From positions 1 to 41,533 of IMG/VR virus record IMGVR_UViG_3300045988_141214: 41,533 nt of DNA; one strand, given 5' to 3'. The DNA is from a virus. A program made the position numbers and the translations under genes. Below are positions 1-7,047 of the stretch, one piece after another. Under the pieces are notes generated by a model that was not told the origin of the DNA, did not search any database, and saw only the letters and a list, made by a program, of their open reading frames with translations. Every line of letters starts with the position of its first letter. Positions within the stretch are counted from its first letter, which is position 1.

Positions 1-84
1 TGCTACGTGCATATGCTAGCCGCATTGCTACGTGCATATGCTAGCCGCATTGCTAGACGCATATGCTAGCCGCATTGCTAATAG
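1..84 (+). repeat. Tandem 25-bp direct repeats (unit CATATGCTAGCCGCATTGCTACGTG); left part of an array that continues at 41480-41533
   Basis: Read directly: partial unit at 1-9, full units at 10-34, 35-59 and 60-84. The last two units diverge in their final 4-5 nt. Each unit carries the palindromes GCATATGC and GCTAGC. Confidence 0.95.
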
Positions 85-114
85 CATGACCACGAGGCAT
101 GAAAAAAGGGCGGG

Positions 115-537
115 TCAGCCCTGATCGGCCTCCCCGCCCACATCCCTCTTCGACCAGCGCGCCTCCGCTGCCTTCTGGGCGCGCTCGCATCTCCGCTTGT
201 ACCCTTCGACTCCATCGTTCACGACGAAGCACCCGAGGTATTCGCGCTTCCCGTCATTCACGATCTCGCAAAGCCCCTCGGCCCTCAGGTCGGAGACGAA
301 CGCCATGCACTCCTTGATGGAGTCGAAGCCGAGCCTGCGGGCCAGCAGCGTCCAGCCGCGCTCACCCGTCACGTTGAGCATATAGAACGGCTCACTGGCC
401 TGCTGTGAGGCGCAGGCGCACACGAGCCGGAGCACGCGCCCCAGCCCCTCGTCTCCATAGTCGTAGGCGATGCCGTCGAGCGACTGGTCAAACGTTATGG
501 GGAGGTTCACGTACCGGAGCTTAACGTCACCTGCCAT
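115..537 (-). CDS. DUF4373/DnaD-like replication-associated protein (tentative)
   Basis: 140-aa ORF. The N-terminal pattern (YVNLPITFDQSLDGIAYDYGDEGLGRVLRL...) resembles the Lin1244/DUF4373 N-terminal domain. It is the last gene of the early operon and abuts the iteron array. Confidence 0.5.
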   Translation of the reverse strand: MAGDVKLRYVNLPITFDQSLDGIAYDYGDEGLGRVLRLVCACASQQASEPFYMLNVTGERGWTLLARRLGFDSIKECMAFVSDLRAEGLCEIVNDGKREYLGCFVVNDGVEGYKRRCERAQKAAEARWSKRDVGGEADQG

Positions 538-709
538 CTACGATCCTCCCCACCGGACGGAACGTGAAGTCGGTCACGACGTAGGACCCCGCGCTCGCCT
601 CGGTAACGCGCAGGCGGTTGCCCGCGTACTTCACCCCGATGCTCCGGCGCTGTAGGAGGGCCACGAGACGGAGCAGGTCGGCCCTCGAGATCATGTAGTT
701 GTCGGCCAT
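527..709 (-). CDS. hypothetical protein
   Basis: 60-aa ORF tightly packed in the leftward operon, with overlapping start and stop codons. Confidence 0.45.
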   Translation of the reverse strand: MADNYMISRADLLRLVALLQRRSIGVKYAGNRLRVTEASAGSYVVTDFTFRPVGRIVDGR

Positions 710-951
710 CAGCCGAGCACCTCCCTTATCTCACCGACCATCTGCTCGAAGGCGTGGAAGCGCCCGAGGTCGGTGCCTCCCATGGGGTCCTCGCGCCAGC
801 TCTCGAGGATGGTCGATGCTTTGTCGTGGTACTTGTCCGCGATGCTGGAGACTGCCCCCAGCTTCGCCTTGATTACCGCCAGCTCGCACTCCAGCTCGCG
901 GTTGCGCTCTATGAGGGCGTGGTTGTCTTGTATGACCTGATCGTTAAGCAT
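709..951 (-). CDS. hypothetical coiled-coil protein
   Basis: 80-aa ORF with heptad-like, charged composition and a stop/start junction with its neighbours. Confidence 0.5.
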   Translation of the reverse strand: MLNDQVIQDNHALIERNRELECELAVIKAKLGAVSSIADKYHDKASTILESWREDPMGGTDLGRFHAFEQMVGEIREVLG

Positions 952-1255
952 CGTGGATCACCCTCGCCCCGCAGTTCGGGCAGAAGTTGAACCACCTGCC
1001 GCTCTCGTGCTCGCGCTTCGCGCCGCACTCGGAGCAGATGCAGCCCCACGTGCATTGACCGTCATCCCATCTCGTATCACGCATGCGGCACGTCCGCACC
1101 CCTGCATCCACCATATCCGCCAGCAAGAGCACGGCGTCACCACGCGTCGAGACGCCCAAGCATCGCATGAGCGCGGGCCAGTTGAGGTCTGGCAGCGAGG
1201 CAATCGCGCGCAGGCGGCGGGCGCACTTCCTGCGGGCATATTCGTTGATTGTCAT
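944..1255 (-). CDS. Zn-ribbon protein (C-terminal CSECG...FCPNCGARV)
   Basis: 103-aa ORF with two CxxC pairs at the C-terminus. The FCPNCGARV tail is shared with the next gene. Confidence 0.55.
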   Translation of the reverse strand: MTINEYARRKCARRLRAIASLPDLNWPALMRCLGVSTRGDAVLLLADMVDAGVRTCRMRDTRWDDGQCTWGCICSECGAKREHESGRWFNFCPNCGARVIHDA

Positions 1256-1725
1256 TCCTCCACCACCCTCGCGCCGCAGTTCGGGCAGAACTTAATCAGC
1301 GGCGCAATGGCGTCTACTTCATAAGTTCCGTCTTCGAGAATGTAGTAATCCGCATTTGCTGCCTCATGCGTTCCAAACAGCACGTGGCAGTTAGAGCACA
1401 TGAAACGCGCGTCCTTTTCAATCTCACGGATGAGCAGGCCGAAGCGTTCGTCCTTCGCGCTCTCCCTAGCTCTCCTTGACAGGATGTACTTTTCCCCTGC
1501 AAAAAACTCATTCAGTGAAAGCGGCTCGATACGGCACGTCCGCTCCTCCGGCTCTATGAGGTCGGCGATACGCTGGCAAAGTTGCTCCGTGAAAGTGTGG
1601 AAGTTGTTGCTCATTTTCGATACGTCCATGCCGCAGGCCTCGGCAACGTAGTTCGGCCAGTCCGATCCCGGAGCCATATCGCGCAATCTTGCTGCCGCCT
1701 CGCGGCGCTCGTCGTTAGTCGGCAT
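1252..1725 (-). CDS. Zn-ribbon protein (CSNC...FCPNCGARV), paralogous C-terminus to 944-1255
   Basis: 157-aa ORF with two CxxC pairs, an identical FCPNCGARV motif and a 4-nt overlap with the downstream gene. Confidence 0.6.
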   Translation of the reverse strand: MPTNDERREAAARLRDMAPGSDWPNYVAEACGMDVSKMSNNFHTFTEQLCQRIADLIEPEERTCRIEPLSLNEFFAGEKYILSRRARESAKDERFGLLIREIEKDARFMCSNCHVLFGTHEAANADYYILEDGTYEVDAIAPLIKFCPNCGARVVEE

Positions 1726-1885
1726 GCTCGATTCTCCTTCCGCAATAGGGGCAGAAGGTGAAATCGTCCGCCCACACCTGCTCCCATGATTTGCCGCATT
1801 TGGAGCACTCGTAGACCTTGACGGTCCCGCGCGTCCTCACGGTGTCGGTCAGCTCGGCCTCGCACGTCTCATCGTCAGTCGGCAT
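1715..1885 (-). CDS. small Zn-ribbon protein (56 aa, below ORF-track cutoff)
   Basis: Hand translation gives MPTDDETCEAELTDTVRTRGTVKVYECSKCGKSWEQVWADDFTFCPYCGRRIEHAD. The ATG is at 1885 and the TAA at 1717-1715. It fills the gap between 1725 and 1875. The CxxC...CxxC ribbon is related to the neighbouring genes. Confidence 0.55.
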   Translation of the reverse strand: MPTDDETCEAELTDTVRTRGTVKVYECSKCGKSWEQVWADDFTFCPYCGRRIEHAD

Positions 1886-2135
1886 GGCAATCACCGTCCT
1901 CTTCGCGCCACCCGGCGCACTTCTCGTACGCCAGCCCGATCTCTCCCATCAGGAATGCCTTGTGCACATCCGTGATGGCCTCGTACAGGGCGTCCGCCAC
2001 CGCGCAGTAGTCCCCGCGCGCGAGCAGGAGGCTTGCGCGGTTGATCTCATCGAACGCCTTCTCTCGGTATATGCGGAAATCGGCCTTGTACGCCCTCGCC
2101 GCGCTCCGCATCGCAAGGTCACTCATCGCACTCAC
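1875..2135 (-). CDS. hypothetical protein
   Basis: 86-aa ORF with operon packing. Confidence 0.5.
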   Translation of the reverse strand: MSAMSDLAMRSAARAYKADFRIYREKAFDEINRASLLLARGDYCAVADALYEAITDVHKAFLMGEIGLAYEKCAGWREEDGDCHAD

Positions 2136-2346
2136 CGTCCCTCCGGTTCCACGAGGAGACAGCGTTCTCCCGCTTCAGCAGGACTTCCGGCCCCGTGGCG
2201 CCGCACTGCCCGCAATACACGTGCCACGTCGGGATGGAGCCGTCCGGCTCGCCGTTGACGTAGCGGTCGATGCCCCCGGCATCCTCAATGGAGAGGTTTC
2301 GAGAGTGCCCGCAGAACGGGCAGGGCTTGAGCTTCTCCATGGTCAT
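2119..2346 (-). CDS. lar: Lar-family restriction alleviation protein
   Basis: 75-aa ORF with the family hallmarks LKPCPFCG ... YCGQCGATGP ... AVSSWNRR. Confidence 0.7.
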   Translation of the reverse strand: MTMEKLKPCPFCGHSRNLSIEDAGGIDRYVNGEPDGSIPTWHVYCGQCGATGPEVLLKRENAVSSWNRRDGECDE

Positions 2347-2558
2347 ACCTCCTTGTAATGTTTTTTCCTGTTGCCGCGCTCGAAGTGGCGGCAGTCCCCG
2401 CCGTCATCGGGTGCGACCGCCATGACCTTGGTCGGGCACTGCATGCAGGCGCACAGCGGGTAGCCCTCGGGGACGGCCTTGACGTACTCGCGGATGAACC
2501 TGACGCGTTCCGGCCATGGCGCGAGGTGGATGCAGTCGGCGCAGCGCCTATCCGTCAT
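2343..2558 (-). CDS. Cys-rich hypothetical protein
   Basis: 71-aa ORF with 7 Cys residues (CADC, CACMQC, C) and a 4-nt overlap with lar. Confidence 0.5.
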   Translation of the reverse strand: MTDRRCADCIHLAPWPERVRFIREYVKAVPEGYPLCACMQCPTKVMAVAPDDGGDCRHFERGNRKKHYKEV

Positions 2559-2718
2559 AGCGCCACCTCTCCAAGTCCATCGCCACCAGCAGGCTGAACA
2601 TGGCGAGGACCAACATGTAGGTCGCCCTCTGCTCGTAGCCGCCTAAGTGCATCACGCACGCGGCGAGCGAGTTGACGATGGCCATGATGCGCATGAGAAC
2701 TTCTATGAACCTACTCAT
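2548..2718 (-). CDS. small membrane protein (56 aa, below ORF-track cutoff)
   Basis: Hand translation gives MSRFIEVLMRIMAIVNSLAACVMHLGGYEQRATYMLVLAMFSLLVAMDLERWRYDG. It has two hydrophobic segments and overlaps both neighbours by 8-11 nt. Confidence 0.45.
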   Translation of the reverse strand: MSRFIEVLMRIMAIVNSLAACVMHLGGYEQRATYMLVLAMFSLLVAMDLERWRYDG

Positions 2719-2998
2719 ACCGCCCCCTACTGCGGTTCCTCTCCTCGCATCGCGCGAGGTACGGCGTCAAGTCGGTCACGCCGAGCGATGCGGCAAGGTT
2801 GCAGGACGCCTGGATGGTGTCGGCGATCTCGTCCAGCACATTCGCCGTCGCGTAGCCGATGTGCGTCACGTCGCGCGGGTCTCGCTGCTTGAACGCCTCC
2901 ACCACCTCGGCGGCCTCCTCGAGCACCTTGAGCGCCTGGGGCTTGGTAGGCGCGGCGCTCGGGAACGTTCGGACGCTGGTCAGTTTCACTCGGGTCAT
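2711..2998 (-). CDS. MazG-like nucleotide pyrophosphohydrolase
   Basis: 95-aa ORF. KVLEEAAEVVEA ... DEIADTIQASCNLAASLG matches the MazG EExxE/DExxD helix pattern. Confidence 0.6.
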   Translation of the reverse strand: MTRVKLTSVRTFPSAAPTKPQALKVLEEAAEVVEAFKQRDPRDVTHIGYATANVLDEIADTIQASCNLAASLGVTDLTPYLARCEERNRSRGRYE

Positions 2999-3498
2999 TC
3001 GGATACCTCCTCAATCAGAAAGTCGATGCATTGCCTGCATTTGCGCAGGTCCTCGGTACCGTTCTTGCGGGGCCAGCGCCACAGGTACTTGAACGCGCAG
3101 CCCCACCAGTAGAAGGCCATCGGGGACAGCTCGTTGCCGTCCATCACGGCCTTGAGCGCGTCCTTGGCCTCGATGCCGCCCGATGAGTAGTGGGCGGGGT
3201 GGGAAACGGCGTCGGGCTTCGCAGTTGATTTCGCAGCTATGTCGCAGTCTTGTCGCACCTCGCCGATTGACTCACCCTGCTTACGGAGCATTTCCGTGAC
3301 TTTGAGCGCCCGCCCGAGCCTGCGCCCGTGCGTCGCCTCGTATCCGTAAGGGATTCCGAGAGCGAATATTCCGCACTCGTCGGTCACGTGCTTCGCCCCG
3401 ATGCCGAATATGCAAGACGGGCTGTTCCCGTCGATGCCGTCGGCGTCGAAGTTCTTACATGCCTCGCACCGGTAATCGCCCACTCCTAACATCGCCAT
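2995..3498 (-). CDS. DUF3310 (SaV-like) domain protein
   Basis: 167-aa ORF. The C-terminal HPAHY...IEAKDA...FKYLWRWPRKNGTEDLRKC pattern is typical of DUF3310. Confidence 0.6.
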   Translation of the reverse strand: MAMLGVGDYRCEACKNFDADGIDGNSPSCIFGIGAKHVTDECGIFALGIPYGYEATHGRRLGRALKVTEMLRKQGESIGEVRQDCDIAAKSTAKPDAVSHPAHYSSGGIEAKDALKAVMDGNELSPMAFYWWGCAFKYLWRWPRKNGTEDLRKCRQCIDFLIEEVSE

Positions 3499-3499
3499 G

Positions 3500-3832
3500 T
3501 CATTCCTCCTCGAACTCTTTCAGCCCCAGCTCGACCTTGCACTTGTCGGCGTAGGCCTGAATCTTCTTCTCGTAGAACTCGACGCGGTTCCTAGGGGTGC
3601 GGTGCATCCACTTAGCCTTGAATCGGGCCACCGCGTCGCGGTAATGCTCCTCGCCAGTGTCGCCCGACAGCCAGAAGTCGAGGCTCTGGGCGAGTCCGCC
3701 GTAGCCGCACACGGAGAACTCTCCGCCGCAGAACAGGTCGTGGTACAGCTCGTCCAGCTCGTGGTCATGCCACTTTCCGTCGGCCTCCTGGAGGTTCGGC
3801 CATGTGTAGTCGAAAAGGACTCCGCCGCTCAT
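3500..3832 (-). CDS. hypothetical protein
   Basis: 110-aa ORF with operon packing. Confidence 0.55.
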   Translation of the reverse strand: MSGGVLFDYTWPNLQEADGKWHDHELDELYHDLFCGGEFSVCGYGGLAQSLDFWLSGDTGEEHYRDAVARFKAKWMHRTPRNRVEFYEKKIQAYADKCKVELGLKEFEEE

Positions 3833-4023
3833 TCGCCCTCACCCCACTCCACGGTCACGGTAACAACGTCCCCGATGCGAGGGGTGCGTGTGGCTGGCAT
3901 GTCGAACGTCAATTCCGATCCGCAGCACCTCGCCGTCACCTCGACCATCACAGGGGTTGCATCGGGGCCGTATATGGTTGAATCGGTTCGCATAACGATG
4001 AACCCTAAGTTCTCGTACCTCAT
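3829..4023 (-). CDS. hypothetical protein
   Basis: 64-aa ORF with 4-nt overlaps on both sides. Confidence 0.5.
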   Translation of the reverse strand: MRYENLGFIVMRTDSTIYGPDATPVMVEVTARCCGSELTFDMPATRTPRIGDVVTVTVEWGEGE

Positions 4024-4856
4024 TCGGCCACCTCCACTCCAGCAAGCGCCTTGGCACGGCGGATGATGTCGTGGGCCTTGTACACGGCGCAGTTGCCCTG
4101 CTCATAGGCTGGGCATCCCTCGCCCTCATCGCACGGCCTATCATAGAAGCCGAAGTACTCGCAGAAATTCTTCGCGGTGTCCTCCTCAAGCCGCTCCCAG
4201 CTGTCGGGGCGGGTGTGAGTGAGGTATTCGCCCTTCAATCCGGTCGAGCGTTCGAAGTGGAACTCGAGCAGTACTTCCCCCCATCTGTTGATGTGCTTAA
4301 CCTCATGCGGCTCGTCGGGTGTGTCGGTGACCGCCGGTATGATCCACACCGTGTCGCCCTCGTGGATGGGAACGCCGTCGGCGTCCAGCACGGGACAGGC
4401 ATGGGTGAGGCGATTCGCGTCCATGCAGAACGCATCGCAACCGTCCTGCCGCAAATCGACGCATCTGGTTGACGGATGGACAGCCGTCACGATCCCGCTC
4501 TGGCCGTTGGGCTCGTACACCGTGTCGCCCACCTTGATCTCCACGCCGTCGGCGTCCAGCACCTTCGGCGCGGGGCGATTCACGCGCTCCCCGAGGCTGA
4601 GGTGCATATGATTGCCGTAGTTGTTCCAAATGGCGGCTGCGTTTTCGGCGATGTACACCTCGATGATTTCACCGCCAAGACCATCAACCCCATCACCGAT
4701 CATCACAGGCTCGCCGTCCTCGAAGCGCGGCCACATGTCGAGAATCTGGCGCTCGCGCTCGGAGGGCACCTGCTTGCTCGTGCTTGCCGCCTCGGCCATC
4801 GACTCGCACACTTTGCGGGACTTGGCCATGTTCCGCTCGTCGAACTCCCTTATCAT
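4020..4856 (-). CDS. hypothetical protein with internal VLDADGVxIxxGDTV repeats and a Cys-rich C-terminus
   Basis: 278-aa ORF. The repeats are at aa 96-113 and 155-171. The C-terminal part reads DSWERLEEDTAKNFCEYFG...C...C...C. Confidence 0.6.
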   Translation of the reverse strand: MIREFDERNMAKSRKVCESMAEAASTSKQVPSERERQILDMWPRFEDGEPVMIGDGVDGLGGEIIEVYIAENAAAIWNNYGNHMHLSLGERVNRPAPKVLDADGVEIKVGDTVYEPNGQSGIVTAVHPSTRCVDLRQDGCDAFCMDANRLTHACPVLDADGVPIHEGDTVWIIPAVTDTPDEPHEVKHINRWGEVLLEFHFERSTGLKGEYLTHTRPDSWERLEEDTAKNFCEYFGFYDRPCDEGEGCPAYEQGNCAVYKAHDIIRRAKALAGVEVAE

Positions 4857-5203
4857 TCGCCTCTCCTTTTCCTAATCCTCTTGAACCGCTCGTCTCCCAG
4901 CGCGCGCATGTCCAGCACCTTGCGCTGGCAGGCCCATTCGGAGCGCCCCATCAGCTCCGACGCCTCGCGCATCGTCATGCGCTGCCGAAGCTCGGCGAGG
5001 CGGTCTATCTCCTGGGTTGTCCACACGCGGCATCCCTTGGTGAGCCCCAGCTCGCGCGCATGGACCACGGTCGCCGAGACGGTGCGGCCCAGCACCTTTG
5101 CGATACGCTCGACCGGGGCCTTGCCGTACGCCTCGCGCAGCACGTCATCCTGCACCTCGGTCCAAGGCCTTCGGTTGTGGGTCAGCGGCCATGTCGCCTC
5201 CAT
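4853..5203 (-). CDS. Myb/SANT-like HTH repeat protein
   Basis: The start is trimmed to the ATG at 5203 (TGATG overlap with the upstream stop), because the track's N-terminal extension is Arg/Gly-rich shadow. Two W[TS]xx[EQ][DE]...R...L repeats are present (RPWTEVQDDVL..., RVWTTQEIDRL...). Confidence 0.55.
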   Translation of the reverse strand: MEATWPLTHNRRPWTEVQDDVLREAYGKAPVERIAKVLGRTVSATVVHARELGLTKGCRVWTTQEIDRLAELRQRMTMREASELMGRSEWACQRKVLDMRALGDERFKRIRKRRGE

Positions 5204-5454
5204 CAGTACTCCTTCCAGTACGCGCAGGAGTCCACCTGCATGTCCACGCGGGCGTCCTCTATGTAGTCCACGACACACAGCCACGAGTCGAAGTCCTGCG
5301 GCTCGCTCTTTAGCTTCACGTCGCAGATGCCCATGTCGCAGCACTCCTCCAGGCAATGGCGGCACCACATGCAAACGCGGTCGCGGTCGGGCTCGCCGTG
5401 GGCAGCGTCCACCTGTTCCGCCGTCACGTTGTCGGGCAGGTTGAAATCACCCAT
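5203..5454 (-). CDS. Cys-rich hypothetical protein
   Basis: 83-aa ORF with an acidic composition and 7 Cys residues. Confidence 0.5.
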   Translation of the reverse strand: MGDFNLPDNVTAEQVDAAHGEPDRDRVCMWCRHCLEECCDMGICDVKLKSEPQDFDSWLCVVDYIEDARVDMQVDSCAYWKEY

Positions 5455-5773
5455 GCGAACCCCTCCTGAGCCCTGGCCTGATCGCAGTTCCGAGGGCCTT
5501 CAAGTGCCTCCTTCGGGCCACGACAGCGCCGTTGGCCCTTTTCAGGGAAGCGGCTATCACGTCGTCTGTGACAATGCCGCTCATGCGCGTAAGGGCGCGG
5601 TCGTCATCTGCGGTCCACGGGCGCTCGCGCCTGACGCCCAGCATCGAGGCCCTGTTGCGCACACCGGCGACAGAGCGGCCAAGCGCGACGGCTATCTTCT
5701 TGGTTGGGACGGACTCGTATGTGCGGCGAATGATCTCATCCTCCACGGACGACCATTTCTGACCGACCTTCAC
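5447..5773 (-). CDS. Myb/SANT-like HTH repeat protein (paralogue of 4853-5203)
   Basis: 108-aa ORF with a GTG start. Repeats are QKWSSVEDEII...RNRASMLGV and RPWTADDDRAL...RRRHLKAL. Confidence 0.55.
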   Translation of the reverse strand: MKVGQKWSSVEDEIIRRTYESVPTKKIAVALGRSVAGVRNRASMLGVRRERPWTADDDRALTRMSGIVTDDVIAASLKRANGAVVARRRHLKALGTAIRPGLRRGSHG

Positions 5774-5931
5774 TCAGTCGCCTCCCTTTTCTCTAACAAG
5801 GCGTCGAGGTTGGCCTGAAAAAGCTCGCACTGGCCTGTCGCCAGCGCGAGCTCATCCGCAAGCTCCCCGCATTTCTTCTTGTAGTACTCAAGCTCACCGA
5901 GCACGTACTGCTCGCAAGTGCGGGCCTCCAT
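5770..5931 (-). CDS. small coiled-coil protein (53 aa, below cutoff)
   Basis: MEARTCEQYVLGELEYYKKKCGELADELALATGQCELFQANLDALLEKREATE. The ATG overlaps the TAA of the restored mIHF frame. This is the only coding-looking part of the track ORF 5770-6540. Confidence 0.45.
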   Translation of the reverse strand: MEARTCEQYVLGELEYYKKKCGELADELALATGQCELFQANLDALLEKREATE

Positions 5932-6238
5932 TACTCGCCGAACTTGTCGATGAGGGCCTTGTACTGGCGGGCACCGAGACCTGCGAGCGGGCGCTCTTGG
6001 CGATGCCGATCTTGTCCATGAGCTTATCGGCGCTGTTCTTGCCCATGCCGGGAAGGGCGGCGATGACGTCGCGGACGCGCATGCGCTGCAAGCCATCGTC
6101 GTCCAGGACAGACTTGAGCGAGCGTTCGCCGTGTTTGAGCTGCTGCTTTGTCTCGGCGTAGCGGATTCGGGCATCCATGGCCTTGCGCTGGAACTTGGCG
6201 AGGTCTTCGGCGGTCTGGGTCGGGGGCGTATTAGGCAT
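5931..6238 (-). pseudogene. mIHF-like (actinobacterial integration host factor) gene interrupted by a 1-nt frame break near 5987
   Basis: The frame starting at 6238 gives ...LKHGERSLKSVLDDDGLQRMRVRDVIAALPGMGKNSADKLMDKIGIAKSAR and then junk. The -1 frame continues with LAGLGARQYKALIDKFGE and a TAA at 5933-5931. Joined, the two pieces reproduce the conserved mIHF C-terminus (...RRLRGLGxRQxKALLEKFG). Confidence 0.7.
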
Positions 6239-6410
6239 GATGCACTACCTTCTTTCGCTTGGGCTTGTTCATGGCGTACCAGGCCTTTCCGTATTCCGCC
6301 TTGCATGAGCGGCACATGGCCTGGTATCCGTCCTTGCTGTTCTTCTTCTTGTGGAACTCGGATATGGGCAGCAACTTTCCGCACTACCCGCATCGCTTCA
6401 CCTCTGGCAC
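6231..6410 (-). pseudogene. CxxC...CxxC Zn-ribbon protein with an in-frame TAG inside the first CxxC
   Basis: Hand translation from the GTG at 6410 gives VPEVKRCG*CGKLLPISEFHKKKNSKDGYQAMCRSCKAEYGKAWYAMNKPKRKKVVHHA. The TAG is at 6386-6384 and the TAA at 6233-6231. The motif CxxCGxxLPxSEF...SKDGYQxxCRxC is a recurrent phage Zn-ribbon module. Confidence 0.6.
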
Positions 6411-6421
6411 GACTTGCCCCC

Positions 6422-6844
6422 CTAGAACGGAATGTCTTCGGGATACAGGTCGGGCGTCTGAGACGGCGCCTGACACTGCGGTGCCGCCTGCTGATACTGC
6501 TGTTGGGGCTGCCCGCCGTCCTGACGGGACATGAACTCAAGCTCCTCGGCGATGACCTCGAGCTTGCTGCGGCGCTGGCCGTCCTTCTCCCACTGGGAGT
6601 ATCGGAGCTTGCCCTCTATTGCGACCTTGGACCCCTTGTGCAGATACTGGGCCAGCTTCTCCGCACGGGTGCCGAACATGGTGCAGGAGACCCAGTTTGG
6701 TCGGTCGGTCCAGGTGCCGTCCTGCTGCTTCACACGGTCGTTCACAGCCACCTGAAAACTCAGAACGGCCATGCCACCCGACGTGGCGCGCAGCTCGGGC
6801 TCGGTGCCGAGATTGCCGCTGATATTCACACGATTGATGCTCAT
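6422..6844 (-). CDS. ssb: single-stranded DNA-binding protein
   Basis: 140-aa ORF with an OB-fold N-terminus (NRVNISGNLGTEPELR...), a Q/P-rich linker and the canonical acidic tip ...EDIPF followed by a stop. Confidence 0.9.
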   Translation of the reverse strand: MSINRVNISGNLGTEPELRATSGGMAVLSFQVAVNDRVKQQDGTWTDRPNWVSCTMFGTRAEKLAQYLHKGSKVAIEGKLRYSQWEKDGQRRSKLEVIAEELEFMSRQDGGQPQQQYQQAAPQCQAPSQTPDLYPEDIPF

Positions 6845-7047
6845 TTGTTCCTCTCTCTATGGAGCTTGATAACGGACCTCATGTAGCCCTCTACGTCCCT
6901 CGCCTGCACTTCGGTGAGGTCCTTGAGGCGATCTACGCCCGCATAAAGGAGGAGGAGGCGCTTGGCCCCCTCCCTGTCCTTGCCGACGGCCCCGGTGAAC
7001 TCGTCGGCCATCGCCTGTATCTCGCTGAAATCGACGCCGCTAGGCAT
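6841..7047 (-). CDS. hypothetical protein
   Basis: 68-aa ORF lying between recT and ssb. Confidence 0.5.
   Translation of the reverse strand: MPSGVDFSEIQAMADEFTGAVGKDREGAKRLLLLYAGVDRLKDLTEVQARDVEGYMRSVIKLHRERNK

Noticed and set aside
1-84. The 25-bp tandem repeats as a CRISPR array.
   Set aside because: The units are directly adjacent with no spacers, there are no cas genes, and the copies degenerate towards one end as iterons do.
5770-6540. 256-aa - strand ORF covering the mIHF-like gene, the Zn-ribbon gene and the ssb 3' end.
   Set aside because: It is Arg/Ser-rich out-of-frame read-through of three real genes. Only its last 53 codons (5770-5931) look like coding sequence.
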